From: Anthoceros angustus
Taxonomy: Eukaryota; Plantae; Anthocerotophyta
Direction of reading: 5' to 3'
DNA: 64,000 nt
Assembly: GCA_010909165.1 (NCBI GenBank)
Contig: VJWM01000202.1
Coordinates: 248,001-312,000, forward strand
Shown here: positions 22,740-36,100 of the stretch, one piece after another
Numbering within the stretch: position 1 is the first letter of the stretch
Layout of the letters: every line of letters starts with the position of its first letter
Program-made: the position numbers and the translations under genes
The notes under the pieces: generated by a model
Told to the model about the DNA's origin: nothing
What the model saw: the letters and a program-made list of their open reading frames with translations, nothing else
Database searches by the model: none

Positions 22740-25700
22740 ATTGAACGCCTTTCCGCCTCCATAGCTCCTCGCCCACCTCCTCCTCTTCCGGCCACCGTCC
22801 ATGGAATTGATTCAAGGTCCATGAATTGAGCGCACTGGGATCCACATCAATGTAAATGACATTACGGCATAACCGAATGCTATCATACCCGATCCTGCGC
22901 CCAAAGACCCAATCTCCCTCATCACATACAATCAATCAACCTCTTCAAGAGTCTTAGGGGCTTCGATAGGGGAAACAACCCGATCATCCGCAGTGTTGTA
23001 ACACAATTTTAGTTCCACCGCACGCTCGCAAACATGTTGTCACTCCACCGCCAAGTTGCGCTTCTCGAGCACAAACGGTTGAGGCACACAATCCTTATCC
23101 AAGCTCCGCGCAAGTGAAAAGTCCTCGCATCGCATACGTCTCGACAATCTGTCACATTGGTTTTATGCCAAGAATATGTCGTCACACGCACGCTTCCATC
23201 AAGACTTCTCTACCATAGATGTGTCATCCGGAGAATGGAAGACCACAATACGAAATACCGGATGTGGTGATGCCTTTGAACCGCATGATGACCCCTTCAA
23301 ACTCGCCTTGGTAAATCTTGTGTCATACTCGTGATTGGGGATCTAGATCCAAGCCTGGGAGGTCTAACAACAACAAAGCATACGGTCGGGGCTCTACAAA
23401 CCGGGCCATGTTCACTATGTTCCCCACACGATCCCGACCTTGCTGGGTTTTTCCGGCTTGGAGTCGTTCACGATTGTCATCACCTTATCCTCGTGTGGTC
23501 GATTTCAAGGCACGTTGCGACTCCTCCATCCTTCCAAGCCCGCCTTGAATATGTGCTCCTTGAAGTTCTCGTAGGGCACCCCACTCAAGGCAAGTGTTGG
23601 CACGCGCACATGAAAGACACATCCCCACCAACAAATGCAAGGACGTTCACCGCTCGAATGCGGTGAATGCCTCCACTTTCCATGACTTATAAGGACAAGA
23701 AGCGCAAGAGAGAAACTCGATTTGGGTATAGCTAAGTGTTCATCGAGGACCCAGATTTTTGAAGGCTGGAAGTTACTAATGATTCACCATGCGAATCGGG
23801 ATATCGTTCTGAACCTCTTCAAATGTCTCACGTGCAAATGCTTGGCGTCACATGGATGAGGTTGAGTTTTTGGCCTTGTCCACCCACACGAACATTTGTT
23901 TCAATGTCAATTCTCCACCAGGACTTTCATGCATCTTCTTCAAGTTGTTGTTCCCATTGCAGATGCTCGATGCCGAAACACTTCCATACCCTCACCGTAT
24001 ACTAAGCTCCTTTGTGTCAATGACCAAGTTTGCTCTAACTGCTTTGTCTTCCTTGAATTCCTCGGCCTTCGACTGCTTTGAGAGCCCGAGCCGCTTCCAC
24101 CGCCAGTCAACTGCTTGCCTCCACTTCTCAAAGATTTCATCCACGCATTTCCACACCTCATCATCAACCTTCGCAACACAATAATCCAAAGGTCCGGTAT
24201 CCACGAGGCGGTGATAGTGACCTTAGGTCCATGCTTGGTCGCATCCCACTTAGGAACCCCGCCACCGGGCATATATCTCCAACTTCCATCTAAGTCACAC
24301 TTCACCCATCACTAGCTGGCCTTCATCTCGCTCGATGTACCTCACGGTCGATGAAAGTAAAAGTCTTCCGGCATCCGCAATGGTGTTGTGATCTGGCAAC
24401 TAACCTCATCTCCTCATTTGTGAGGCCAAGAACATATGCATCCATCCACCGTACTCTTTTGAACCAATGGATACAAGTCGGCTAGTCTAGATCGCTGGAA
24501 GGAATGATTCCTCAATACATAAAATTTGTACACCCCGATCCACCTTATCCATGTCAAAGAAGTTCTTGTTGGGACCTGGGCCGGGTCTACAATGACAATC
24601 ATGGGCACACCCACCACGTGGAATGCTTCATCTTTTGCATCAAAGCCTCCACCCAAGCCAGTCTAGCTTACGTACCTTGCCAAACCGACATAGTTCTTCC
24701 GGAGGTCTACGCTGATGGACAGCTTTAACGTGGACTCCCATACTCTCTTTCCCGCAATTGCCTCCTCGCAACATCTCTCCCGCCCCTCGTCCGCTAGCTC
24801 CGTCATCCGTGGCTACGACGCCCTTGGCCTTCTCTATGAACTTTGGGAGCTCCGCCCCTCTCGGACATCATGTGCCATTCGTCGCCGCACACTTGTTGAC
24901 CCTCCACCCCGTCCTCCACGCGATTGCCCGACTCTCAATCCCTTCCCTCTTTTTCCTCGATTGTCTACCAATCGGTGGCTTGAACCCTTCGCGTGCCATG
25001 GGAGACCCAAATCGGTCCGTTGCATCCACCGCCCCATCGTCATCTTCCACGTTCGCCGTCGGGCTGGATATGATCCACCGGCCCGGGCCATCACCGAATG
25101 CCATCGCCAAACCCCTCATTGTCTCGGTCCCCACCCGCATCCTCATCTTCGTCTTCACGGCTAGAGAGGTTAGGGTGACATCATCGCGGCGGCCATGGGC
25201 TAGGAAAAACCCGCGGCTCGGAGTGTGGGCGGACCTGTTGCTTGGACTCGAAGCACCGGACGTCCCGTGGCTGCAACCCCTCTTACCAGCAGGCTTTCAT
25301 TTCGCAAACTAGTTGCTGAAACGTGTCCCGCGGAATTATATTTTGTGCCACCACCTTTTGTTGCAGTTTCACTTCGCGGCCGCAGATCATGCATATCGGT
25401 GGCGGTTGCCAACGACACTGCCTGCAGGCAGATGGATTTGCCTGATCCCATTCCGGGCACTAGGAGTTGCCATTTGATTTCCACTCGGCGCAGATGCCAT
25501 GCTAGGGGCCTTCTCTGCAACAGTATGCCCTTTCGATGTAAGCAATGCATCATCCCGCACACCTTCTAAACATTGCTGGTGCAAAGCCTTGTGGAAGACA
25601 CGATGTCCATCACCGTGTCGCAATGCCTCCAAAAGTTCTTGCCTTTTCCGCTCGTTGGCACGCCACAATGTCAAAGTTCTTCACCGCAAAGTAGACTCTC

Positions 25701-26100
25701 TAATCCATTGCGGGTCCGCATTTAAGAGGCTCCTTGTGCTTGAGCCGATCGAATATGACGTACACCGCTCATCCTTCATGATCGATCGTGAAAACAATCG
25801 CTCCCGCACATTTCTTTTGGCTGGTGTGGTTCGATCATCCTCCATCGACACATACAAGAAGAGCAAGTCTTGATTGGGTCGTTGCACCGCCCAACTTCTC
25901 TTTGTAATGTCAAATGGCGAGATCATCTTGTACATCCGTGGATCAAGTCAATATCGGACCGCTTGTAAGGACTCGGAAAGATGCCTTGGTCGGCGGGATG
26001 CTCTTGTGGAAAGACCCGCATCGTGGCGCAGCTTTGAGTTGTCCTTGGAGTCCGGCTGGGTCGCCTGCCGCCTCGCTCAAGGCCCGTGAGTCTGCTCCTC
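22740..26100 (-). pseudogene. ParB-like domain + beta-class N4C/N6A DNA methyltransferase (N6_N4_Mtase-type), frameshifted
   Basis: Read on the minus strand across indels: RQLRERE..HVK and AFHVVG(G)AH (24600-24770, ParB/Srx-like), YVLGLTNEEMRLVARSQH, ALLLLDLP-GL (23350-23385, motif IV DPPY-like), FRIVVFHS, YSWHKTNV, then VVSP.EKPLRLLKRLID..DEGDWV..GAGSGMIA..LCRNVIYIDVDP (22840-22965, motifs X-I-II). Confidence 0.7.
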
Positions 26101-26661
26101 CGCCTTTTTTTCTCCACCGAGCGCCCCGCGATTTGTTGGAGTCATTCTTCCGCCCGAGCTCGGAGGAGCCATTCTGTATGCAACTATGAAAGAAGTGAGA
26201 ACACAGAAGTGTTTAGATTGTTAAAAGTCGACACTGCATGAGCTGCAACTTCTCGAACACGGACGTGCAAGCGGAGTTGAAGTTGATGCTCCTGACTAGC
26301 CCACCGGCCGCACTCGAGCAATGTAATTGCACGGCGATGAGGAGGTCGATGTCTCGACATCCGCATGCCGCCCGCCCGCCGATGGACAAAGTGCGGTGAG
26401 TGTGAACGACCTGCTTTTCTCGGCGCTGCAATCTCTTGCTTTTCCGCCCACACATAAGCTAGATGGAAATACACATCTTCCCGCCAAAGCGAGAATGAAT
26501 CTATACCATCCAAAGGGGAAGGTGGGGTCCGTCATGAAGGAAGACACGGCAAGGCGTGCTCGTAATCAAGCAACTCCTTAAATGCTTTGTCGCGGCGTGT
26601 TTTGCCATTGTCCGGCTAATGTGGCAAATGCAAATTTGAGCATATTCTAAGGTATATGCTA

Positions 26662-26698
26662 GTTATGCCACGCTAAAATAGTGTTCGCGTGGCATAAC
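26662..26698. promoter_or_regulatory. Perfect 12-bp inverted repeat with 13-nt spacer in the divergent intergenic region
   Basis: GTTATGCCACGC (26662-26673) and GCGTGGCATAAC (26687-26698). The repeat is directly seen; a regulatory role is inferred. Confidence 0.5.
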
Positions 26699-26899
26699 GA
26701 TGGGCACCTAGAGTGATTCAAAGATCCACTAGCTACCGACATGTACCGCTTCCTGCAAAGTGGGCATCGACTTCATTGCCAGATTTAAAGGCTTATTTCG
26801 CACCAAGCCCGCGAATTGTATCGAGCCTTGCGCATCCACTTCTCATCCACCTTGCGCATCCCTCCTCCTCACGGACGCCACGCCGCGGTGAGAGCAATG

Positions 26900-29800
26900 G
26901 CCAACGACAGCAGCGACGGCGAAGGCGTGTTCGATTTTGCAAATTTCAGCCGCGGTCGATGCATGTCATTCCCGAAGGTGGCCATGAGTCTGACGACTCA
27001 ATTGTTGATCTCACGATGATGCCCGCACAACGTCGTAGTTTTAGAGGATGATTCACGGCTATGGCGGCGCGCCGAGCATAGTCCTTGAAGAGACACTGGT
27101 GAAAGCACTTCACAACGGTGGAGAGCGATGACGATGTGCGTGTTCCATATGGGGGGAACGGAGGATATGGTTGCCGCTTTTCCGACGATCCGAATGCGAT
27201 GCAGGCGGAGAGGATCGTGCACAAGAGGAGCTCGTGACGTTTAACCGGATGTCCGGTCGACGCAGACGGCGACGAGGCCCGACTGCACCCACGAGGCGAC
27301 TGCACCATCCATCCGGACTTCTTCGGATCACCGGGCGGCGCATCGCGAAGATGTACCTCACCGGCGACGGGCGTAAACCGATAACACACCGGACGCCGGC
27401 GACAAGGTCGGCCCGGCGGATCTGGGCGGGTCCTGTGAATACTATCGAGAATGTGCTACACGGCGAACACCGGGCAAGACTCGATGGAGAGTGTTGCGAG
27501 TCTCCGGACTTTGGTGAGAAGATCCACATTGTTGATTTTGGGCTTGGCTTGGAAACAATATCGCACGCGGTGATGGCGGAGTTGCACCGGGAGTCGCCCA
27601 AGAGCTAATGTGGTCCGTGGTCCCGGATCTTTGTTTGGTGATTGTGATGCCATCCGCTTGGAGTTGCTCGAGATGATGCCTCGCGCACATCCGCCAAAGG
27701 TGAGGATCTGCGTAACGAGCACCGACGCGTTAAGCGTAAAGTACCTCCGGCCGAGCTAGAATGGATTTGGTCTTAGAGAAGCATTGTTCGACCAAGTTGT
27801 GCGATTTAAAGCGGCATTGTTGTGACAAAAATGTTTAGAGCGTGTTGGCCATTCAAATTGAAGGTGATTCGTAGCATTCTTCCGCATGACAAAAGGAGAG
27901 CAGGAACAGCATTTGCAAGACCATCGGATCCGATCAAGAAAGAGGAGTTGTTGCCCATAGTATGGATAAACCGGATTCCACATGGGAAGAAACAGGTGTG
28001 TGTGAGGGCTCGGGTTTTCGCATTGGGTCACTAAGATACAAGAATGCAAACCAGGTAGTGAAAAATGTTAGATGGACCGTAGGCTACGGTCTCAGCAGCC
28101 AACGCCATATGGATTACACGTCATGTGGATGGACGTTTTCTTCAAAGGCGGGAAAGATCCGAATCGGAAGTCTTCAACTTGCGACTCGACACGAAAGAGG
28201 AGATCTTCATTGAGTATGCCAGCGATCGGTGTGCTATGCTTGTTACTGTACTTTTGCAAGCTTTGGATGAAGTATTTCCGTTAAAATACCAGTGCAACCG
28301 GTTTTCGATCTGCATCGATGACCTAAAGAGGAAAATAAAAGACGAGTGGTCGGATCACGACAAGGTGAGATGGCGGTCCTTATTCCAGTGCGGTCACGGA
28401 TGTCCACCGAACTTTGGCGCAACCCCATGGCCTCACACCCTTTTCTTGCGAATGAAGGCGGGCTTGAAACAAACTGTGTGCACATTGCCGACGCCTTATT
28501 GTTGCGCAGTGACAAGAATGTGGAGCCGCCGACTCCAGAGAACAACAAGGAGAGCGAAAATGGCGCGGCACCGCACAAGTGCTTCGGCAAAGTTCATTGG
28601 TATTGCCATAGATGGTATGGACCAAAAAAAACAGAGTTGCCCCATTACCGCAGATTGCCAAAGACGGTTGATTCGGAGCCCTTGTCGGGCTTCACGTTCT
28701 AGGTGTGCTGGTGTTCAACTACTTGGTGCGCACAGTGTATTTGAGTTTCGAATGTGAGAAATGATCCGGAATCAGGTGATTGATGTTATCAATACGGAGG
28801 GGCCGCTCCCCTATTCTATACTTGCGGATGGACAACATGCTCAAAACAAGAATCGGAGGTATTGGCATATCCCATGCTTGTGGCGAAAGGTATCTTCAAA
28901 AATCAAGGTGGGGTTTCTTCTTGTTGGCCATACCCACGATCGATTGACCAAATGTTTTCGAGGTTCTCGGTTGTGCTAGGGTTGAAGGATGCTTTCACAA
29001 AATGATAGGGTTCTTTGGAGCGTACACCCCATCACCGCAGATTCACATCTTGAAGGAGGTGCCGGACTTCAAGACCTATCTATGGCGAAGGGGATCGTCG
29101 CGTATGACTTGCATAATCACGTTTTCAACACCCAAAATAACAAGGAGAAGCTATCGGAGAGGACGGATGCTAAGATGCAAGGAGTTTTCAAGTTCGATCA
29201 CCGGTCACCGGAGGGTGGTGTGGCTATTACGTTGTGGGTGCCACCACGGGTGATTGTGCCCATTGTTGCCGTTGGTCCCATCACATGCCCAAGGTAAAGG
29301 AAAGGGACAAGCAAAGCGGAAGGATGCCTCGATGCCCCGCATGGCGGTAGTGGTAGTGTAGTGGCGAGTCCATGAAGTAAAAGCGGGCCTAGAACGCACG
29401 GCACATATGAATGTGGAGCAACTATCATGGTGGGATACGTGGGATGAACAGTAGCAATAGCCGAGAGACTAGCAGCATTCCATTCCGTTGGAGACAGAAT
29501 GGTCTTGGTACACTCGCGATGAAGAAAACGAGGTACCACCAGAGACCCTCCAGACTCAACTTTGGTTGATCCCAATGGCCGACGGATTTTTGGACATGGT
29601 GGAGGTGTACGGGGCACAGGGCGCGGAGGGAGGGCAAGGCGAGGCTCGGTCGAGGTTGTGTGAAGGAGATTGAGGAGGGAATGATGGTTGTGTCAAGCTG
29701 GGATGATCCAGAGGCCCATTACGCTCGCAAAAGTGGTGGAGGTGGACCATGATGGTCCCTTTCATGATAGTTCATTGGTGGACGAGAACAATGATGCATT

Positions 29801-29950
29801 CGAGGGAAGGTACATGGAGGAGTTTGTGATACGGAAGCGCCCACCGTGTCGAGGAAAAAGTGCGGCGATCAAAGAATGGAGGCAGAGGGCGTCGGAGAAG
29901 CATTTGCAAAGCCTCAACTTCCGAGACAAATGTGCGGCCTATGATTTGTG
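26900..29950 (+). pseudogene. Sola-like/DUF7869 DDE transposase, frameshifted
   Basis: Ordered motifs: RHCCDK, KQVCVRA, FP...RFSIC, IAIDGMDQKK..P, LADGQHAQNKN (QLDN..ENKN-like), KIKVGFLLVGHTHD (VGHTHEDIDQ-like), and a C-terminal RPITLAKVVEV segment. Confidence 0.8.
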
Positions 29951-32599
29951 ACAAGGAACAAGACGCTGGAGGACGACAATGAAGCGATAAAGACCAAAGT
30001 CTTTGAGTTGTCGAGCTGATGAACCGGCGAGACTTCCGCCAGGTGACACGAATGTCATGCCCGAAGACATGATTGACTGGAAGACCTCGACAATGTGGAA
30101 TCAACGGATGAGTCCACAGCGTGGTGGTGGACCACCGGATGGTCCGGACTCGGAGAGGAGCCGAGAGGCAACCTAATATTGTCAACTTTCCGCCTTCCTT
30201 GTACCAGACCGTTATGTCCCCTCTTGAATGCGTGGATTGTTTTCGTCTTTTCGGAAAGGTTTAACGACCGCCATCGGCATCATCTGTAGGAAGTTGACGG
30301 TGTGATAATGTCCGGAGCATGTAACGGGCGACTATGTCGAAACCGATCCCAGCAATGTGGTGCTCTAATTTTCTAACAATGTTCCGTGGTTTTGTCCGTT
30401 GAGAGGCAGCGCGAGGTTTCAATGGTGATCATGCGGTCATCTATGTTCGACCTTGTGGGCGGGTGTTCCCAGAGGATGGCCCAGGGATGTCCGTGGCAAG
30501 TATGCCGCCGCAAGCGCAATGTTTGTTTTTCTTTCTAGTTCCGGGACCGCCTAATGACTATGGGGTGGAACGGGACGGGGGTCCACTCGGGTGGCTTGAG
30601 TAACGGACGCACACGGCGAAACGGTGAGTACCAAGACGGGCTCAAAAGCCTCCACCGCTTCCACCGCCACAGAGGTTGTCTTCCACCTCCTTTGTGGTTT
30701 GTGCACGGCCATCCCTCCTCGGCGAGAGCCGTCCTCACGCCATGCTCCTCCACCTCCTTCCGACCTCGACCGTTGTCCGGGTTTTGCCTGTTGTTCCGCC
30801 CCTTCTCCTTACGTCCCATCCATCCAACCTTCCTTGAACTAACTCACTGCTTGCAGCCCTTCCGGATGAGGACTGCAGAGGTGGCTACGAGTCACCACCT
30901 CGTATCACAAGGGAGGATGTGGAGGCAAAGCGAGCCAAGGCGGAGAAGGATGGAAGTTGCCCATCCAGGACTTGTGTGGAGGCCATTTGGGTCTCCAAAG
31001 TGCGTGAAGGGGAAAGACGGTATGGCTGTGGCCATCTCCTTCCATGCGAGGGTGGCGGGCATCAGATTTTGCTTTAGGGAGGTAGGAAAAAGCCAAGGAA
31101 GAGGACTATAGGATAGCGAAGGAGGGGTTCCGGAGGCGAAACGAAGGGTGCAGAACTCGGCTGCGCAGAGGAAGGAGGGTGAAGGAAGAGCGAGGACTGT
31201 CCCGGTCCCAAAGAATTGTTTAGAGCTTCCGTGACCTTGCCGCCTGAGTCCATGCAATGACGCGAATGAAGGCTGCAGGAGGCTGCCGCCGGGAGCGGGA
31301 GCGGGTGGAAGTGAAGGAGGAGGCAAGCACTTACCTCTTTTCGCCTTGAGAGGAGTTGAGCATGGTTGTCAGCATGCACTAACGGGCTGTTCATTGTGGC
31401 GAGACAGTGATGGGGACACCCTTGGCAAAACCGGAGGAGCATTGGAGATAGGAGCGTGAAGTGGGTTACCTAGGTTTTTGCAAGCGATCAGACTAGAAGG
31501 GGCGGAGGGGAAGAGAAAGGGAGGGAGAGGGGTTGGATGCTTCGTAGCTTTCTCGTGGCTTCACGGAGTTGGGGACGCAATCACATGATTTTGTGTATGT
31601 CAAGTTTTAGCCTGTGCAAGCCATGGTCTGCCAAGTGTGAAGCGGAAACGGGGTTTGAGTTTGGGGAATGCCTGATTCGGAATGTTTTGTCACACGGACA
31701 GGGTGGCTATGAGCCAACGGTCAATGTCACATGGCATGGACTAGAGGCGGTTACATGTGAACTACACCATAGCGGTTTTCCAATACTTTATTAGCGAGAA
31801 ATGTATTCATCGCATACTTTGTACCTTGGGATGTATATTTGAATAATATTATTCCATGTATTTTACATGAATAACCCTAAGGCCCACAAACAGTGAGCCC
31901 GCTAGTGATGCATTCTCCAATTGTGTAACATGACTGTACACTTTTCCATATGCCGGTTTGTAAAGGTAGCTTTGGTCGTAATGTATCCCAAAAGTGACAG
32001 ATTGAAATAAAGCCTAAATAAATGTTCTAGTCTCACGCCATAAATTTATAAGGATCTCTACTTTTCTCCCGAATGCCTCTTTTGTTTAACCATGAGACAT
32101 CGAGGTGTGGAAATATTGCCAATAAATTTCAAGTTTTGATGAAGTGGAATGGGTTTTGTACATGTGAGTTGTATTTTTAGCAGCTGCTTTCTACAAACCT
32201 CAAAATCAACTGTGGAAAAAAGTTTGGGTAACCAAACAAAAGAGCCCAAGACGAACAAGTTTGATTTTTTTTGGCTAAGAACGATTGAAGAGGAGCATGC
32301 CAAGAAATTTTCTCGAGAATCTTGAAGCCGGAGTTGTAGGATATTGTTAGGAAGGCAAAAGGATATCCCGTGAGGAAGAACGTCGACCCCCCGCAGAAGG
32401 CCCCGGGGCGGTAGGTCGGCACTACCGCCGTAGGGTACACTACCACGAGAAAAGCGCATCACGGTAGTAATCTCGACAAAAAGGAAATTAGAATAGGGAT
32501 ATCCACTATATATGCTCACCAATAGGGATAAATATATTAGCAAGAGATTAATTAGGCAGTAGGAAAATAGGTATTATAGATAGATTAGGATTTTGGAAT

Positions 32600-35500
32600 G
32601 ATGAAAAATCTAGGGTTGTGTGGCCGTGTGCCATCCAAAGTGTGCGCTTTGGGGCGCCGCCAACTTCCTTCGAGCTAAGAACTCACCCCAAGAGACGGAT
32701 CAAGCCGGAGCGAAAGAGAGGGAAGCCGCCAGCCGCCGCCATCCACGAACGCAGAGGAAGGCGCGCGCCGGGGAGAAACTAGCGGGAAGGAGAAAGAGGA
32801 GGCAAGAAGGAGCGCCCAGGCACCGAAGCTCTTCAACACCGGGAAGAGACACATTGAAGGAGCCACCGGAGAGAGCGAGTTGGAGCACCGGAAGAAGGTG
32901 AAGGAGAGTGAGAGTAGAAGGAGGAAATCGCGACTACCCAAGCGCCCCGAGAAGAAATCAAGGGAGGAAATTGGCAGGCTCAAGATGTGGCTAACGTGTG
33001 CTTGTGCCTCAGAAGGAGGAGAAAGGAGTGTTTGAGGAAGCTGAGCACACAAGCTGAAAATTGGGAAGTAATCCTCTGCTGAGCGGGAGTAAGGAAGGTG
33101 CCATGCCTCGATGGAAAGGCAAGGGAAGGAGCCGCCCGCAAGGGCTCCTCGCGAGAGGAAAAGGAAAGAAAAGGGAGCTCGCCCGCTGTGAGGAGGTGAA
33201 CTTGTGATGCCCCAATTCACTTGCTTTGTCGGGCATTAACCCCGAGATTTGGTTGATTTTCCAAGGGGCGAGGAGGAGAACATCCACAGGATGGGTGTAT
33301 GGCCGCCAATGGGCCTACACCAATTTGGAATTGATTGAGGAGTGTTACATCAACCTCCATCAATCGGAAGCGCCCGCCGCCAAGGAATGCTAGAACGGAT
33401 CTCTGGACCGTGAGAAGTATTCGATGTGTATGGAAGACCGGAGGAAGAGAGCTGAATTGCTCTCCTCGAAAGGTTGAATGGGGGGAAGAGGACAGCCCTC
33501 ACCGACATCCCGCAGAGTTCCTCGACATGATGGATGGAGGAGTGAAGGCCCACGCCAAGAATGGCTGGAAGACCGAGAGCATCAAGGAGTCAAGTGGAGG
33601 CTCTTCGCAAAGATTGTGCTGGGGTTGGTAAATTACCAACGCACTCTTATTTCAAAGCACCAACTTCCTCCAATTTTTGTGGAAGATTTCCATGGGAGCC
33701 AAGCCGGATTGGGGACTATCATGTATGAAGGACATCCACCATCGAGAAGCTCCTCAAGCCAAATTGTGGATGAGGAAGGACCAAGGCTGCTATCTTAGCA
33801 CCTATTTGGTGCATTTATGGGAAACCGAGGGACTTCTCACAAGCAAGGAGCTTGAAGATGCATGGCATCCCTTTGAGGTCATCCATCTCCAAAGGTTGGA
33901 AAGGCCTTTGCCTTTGCATTGAAGACGGTGGGAGGTCGACTCCACAAAATGCTAGAGCAAGAGGAGAAGATGAGGCAACAAGTTGCCGAGTGGGAATCCT
34001 TTCCACTGTGAGCAAGCAAGGAGAAGAGTGAAGCCCGAAGGCCGATGGTGGTCTATGAGAGAAGGACCACAGAGGGGTGATCCCGAGAGTGGGGAGTCCC
34101 CACCATCTCCTTTGTGCCTACGAGAGGCACCCTACTCACTCCCGGAGGCGCCCACCCAAGGGGTGGGCACCATCGGGTAGGCGCCCCACCATGGTAGGCA
34201 TCACCACAGGGGGAGCAGCCACCAGAGGCGGGCACCCCACGCCAAACAAATTACCAAGGTGGAAGGGAAGGAGAAGCACGAGGTGCGCGCGCCACCACCT
34301 TCCGCGCTGTGGGAGAGCGGATGGAGCGAGTGAAGGGACGGCCGGCTGGCGATGAGAGGTGTGAGAGCTGGAGATTTCCAAGAAGAAAGAAGGTGGAATT
34401 AGGACCCCTAGGAGAATTGGCCGGGTGCTTGTGAAGCACTCACCGTGGATTTGAAGGCTAGAGACCTCCTTGTGGGCATGCCAAGAAGTGAAATCTCAAG
34501 ACATGGCCGGAGGAAGGCAGGACCAAATGGCAATTGGAGGCCATGGAGTCCGAAAAAGGCAGCCAAGCCGAAAAGGTCAGGAGAAGCTCCACACCTCATG
34601 GATCACGCATGGAGAAGGTCTTGAGGGAGGTTGTCAAACCAAGAAAGAGCCATTCCGAGCAACCACCCAACGGACTCATGGAGGCATATGAGGAAGAGCA
34701 TTTTGCCCAATTAGAGCAAGAGCGAAGGGCAAAACAGAGGCTCTAGGAGAAGGTAGCGTCCAAAGAAATGGACGCCAAGAATGTGTGTGATGGCTGCAAA
34801 GCCATCCGATCCGGACATGAAGGAAGAGTTGAGAAGACCCGCAATTTGGAAGAGAAGCGAGCTGAAATTCAAGACCAAGAATGGAGCCGGAGCGCGAGAG
34901 ATGCTTGGCAAGCGAGAGAAGGGCTTGCTCAAGAATAGAGGACTTGGAAGGAGGTCAGAGGAGGAGTACCACAAGAAGGTGGTACATGAATGCGGGTAGT
35001 GAAGGAAGGTTTTGTGATTATGCCCTTCAAAATTGGCCACCAAATCAAGGAAGCAAGGGAGGAGAATGTGACCTCCATGTCAAGGTGGGGAATTGACCAC
35101 CTCAAGGGACGCCTACAAAGGTAGGTGTGAAGATGGAGAGTGGCCCACGGAGATTGATGATCTCCAAATGCAATATCATAGCTTGGGGCCCACCTCCACA
35201 ATAGAATTTTGAAGGCCAACAATGAGATCTTACGTTGGCCAAGAGGAGGACATTGGGTCCTCATGATGATGACAGGAGCCGCAAGTGCAGCCAGAGGCCT
35301 CCGATTTTGATGAGGCCATAAATGGACTCCGAGGAACTGAGGAGTCGAGACGAAGGAGCGGCCGTGAGCGCCAAAGGTAGAAGGAGAGCAAGGAGGGGGA
35401 AAGCCCACCTCCGGGGGTCACCAGAGGTGACACCACGGTAGTCCGCTGACACTGCGGTAGACCACCCACCGTAGTCCGCCACTACCGGGTAGGGCAGCCT

Positions 35501-36100
35501 GGGGTGGAGATGCTGGGAGTCGCCGAGGCCCGGCCGAGATGAAGGAGCCGGGGTCCGAGTATACCCCCGGAGGAGCAGCTGGGTGGTGGGAGAGACAACC
35601 CCACCGGAGGAGACTAAGGACGGTCCACCCGGCCGAGGAAGGGGAGGGTGAGAAGTTCCCCCACGAGCAAGGGAGGAACCGGACCAGGAGGAGTCCAACG
35701 CAAAGAAGGCCCCGAGAGTTAGATCATGGTGGGGAAGAAGATGAAGATGCTCTATGATAGGTATGGACAAACCAAACAAAGAAGGAGCAATGAAGATCTC
35801 ACCCAAGAAACCTCACCGAGAGGTGGAAGAAGGAGATAGGTACGACTACCATGGTAGTCACCTACCCCGTAGTCCGCCATCACCGGTAGGGTGCGATGAA
35901 CGCCACCAGCGGTGAGGCCGGAGAGGGGGCGCCAGGCGGAGGCGCGACTGGAAGAGGAATCAGGCGCCGCCATGGAGATGGAGGAAGGGCAAGATTGTAC
36001 TTGCCCCACATTAGGAAGGCGACAAGATCCGGGAAGGGCAAGAGCAAAAGGAGGGCGAGGGAGCCAATCCAAGGGACCATGCCACCCCAAAGATGAAGAC
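32600..36100 (+). mobile_element. Degenerate Ty3/gypsy-like gag region
   Basis: Purine-rich, charged, heavily frameshifted ORFs (e.g. HLWETEGLLTSKELEDAW, AYEEEHFAQLEQERRAKQRL); only weak gag-like motifs. Confidence 0.4.

Larger units (their letters stand above)
21300..31800. mobile_element. Sola-like (DUF7869-type) DNA transposon region with two divergent genes; boundaries approximate
   Basis: Contains a DDE transposase (+) and a ParB-like/methyltransferase gene (-), flanked on both sides by gypsy remnants. TIRs and TSD not resolved. Confidence 0.6.

Noticed and set aside
25200-25562. LLVPGMGSGKSICLQ resembling a RecQ/SF2 helicase Walker A
   Set aside because: No DExH or other helicase motifs follow; likely a chance reading in an alternative frame of the ParB-MTase gene's N-terminal region.
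21340-32140. Weak inverted similarity between approx 21380-21420 and 32075-32135 as TIRs of the Sola-like element
   Set aside because: Requires a large gap, and no TSD could be identified.
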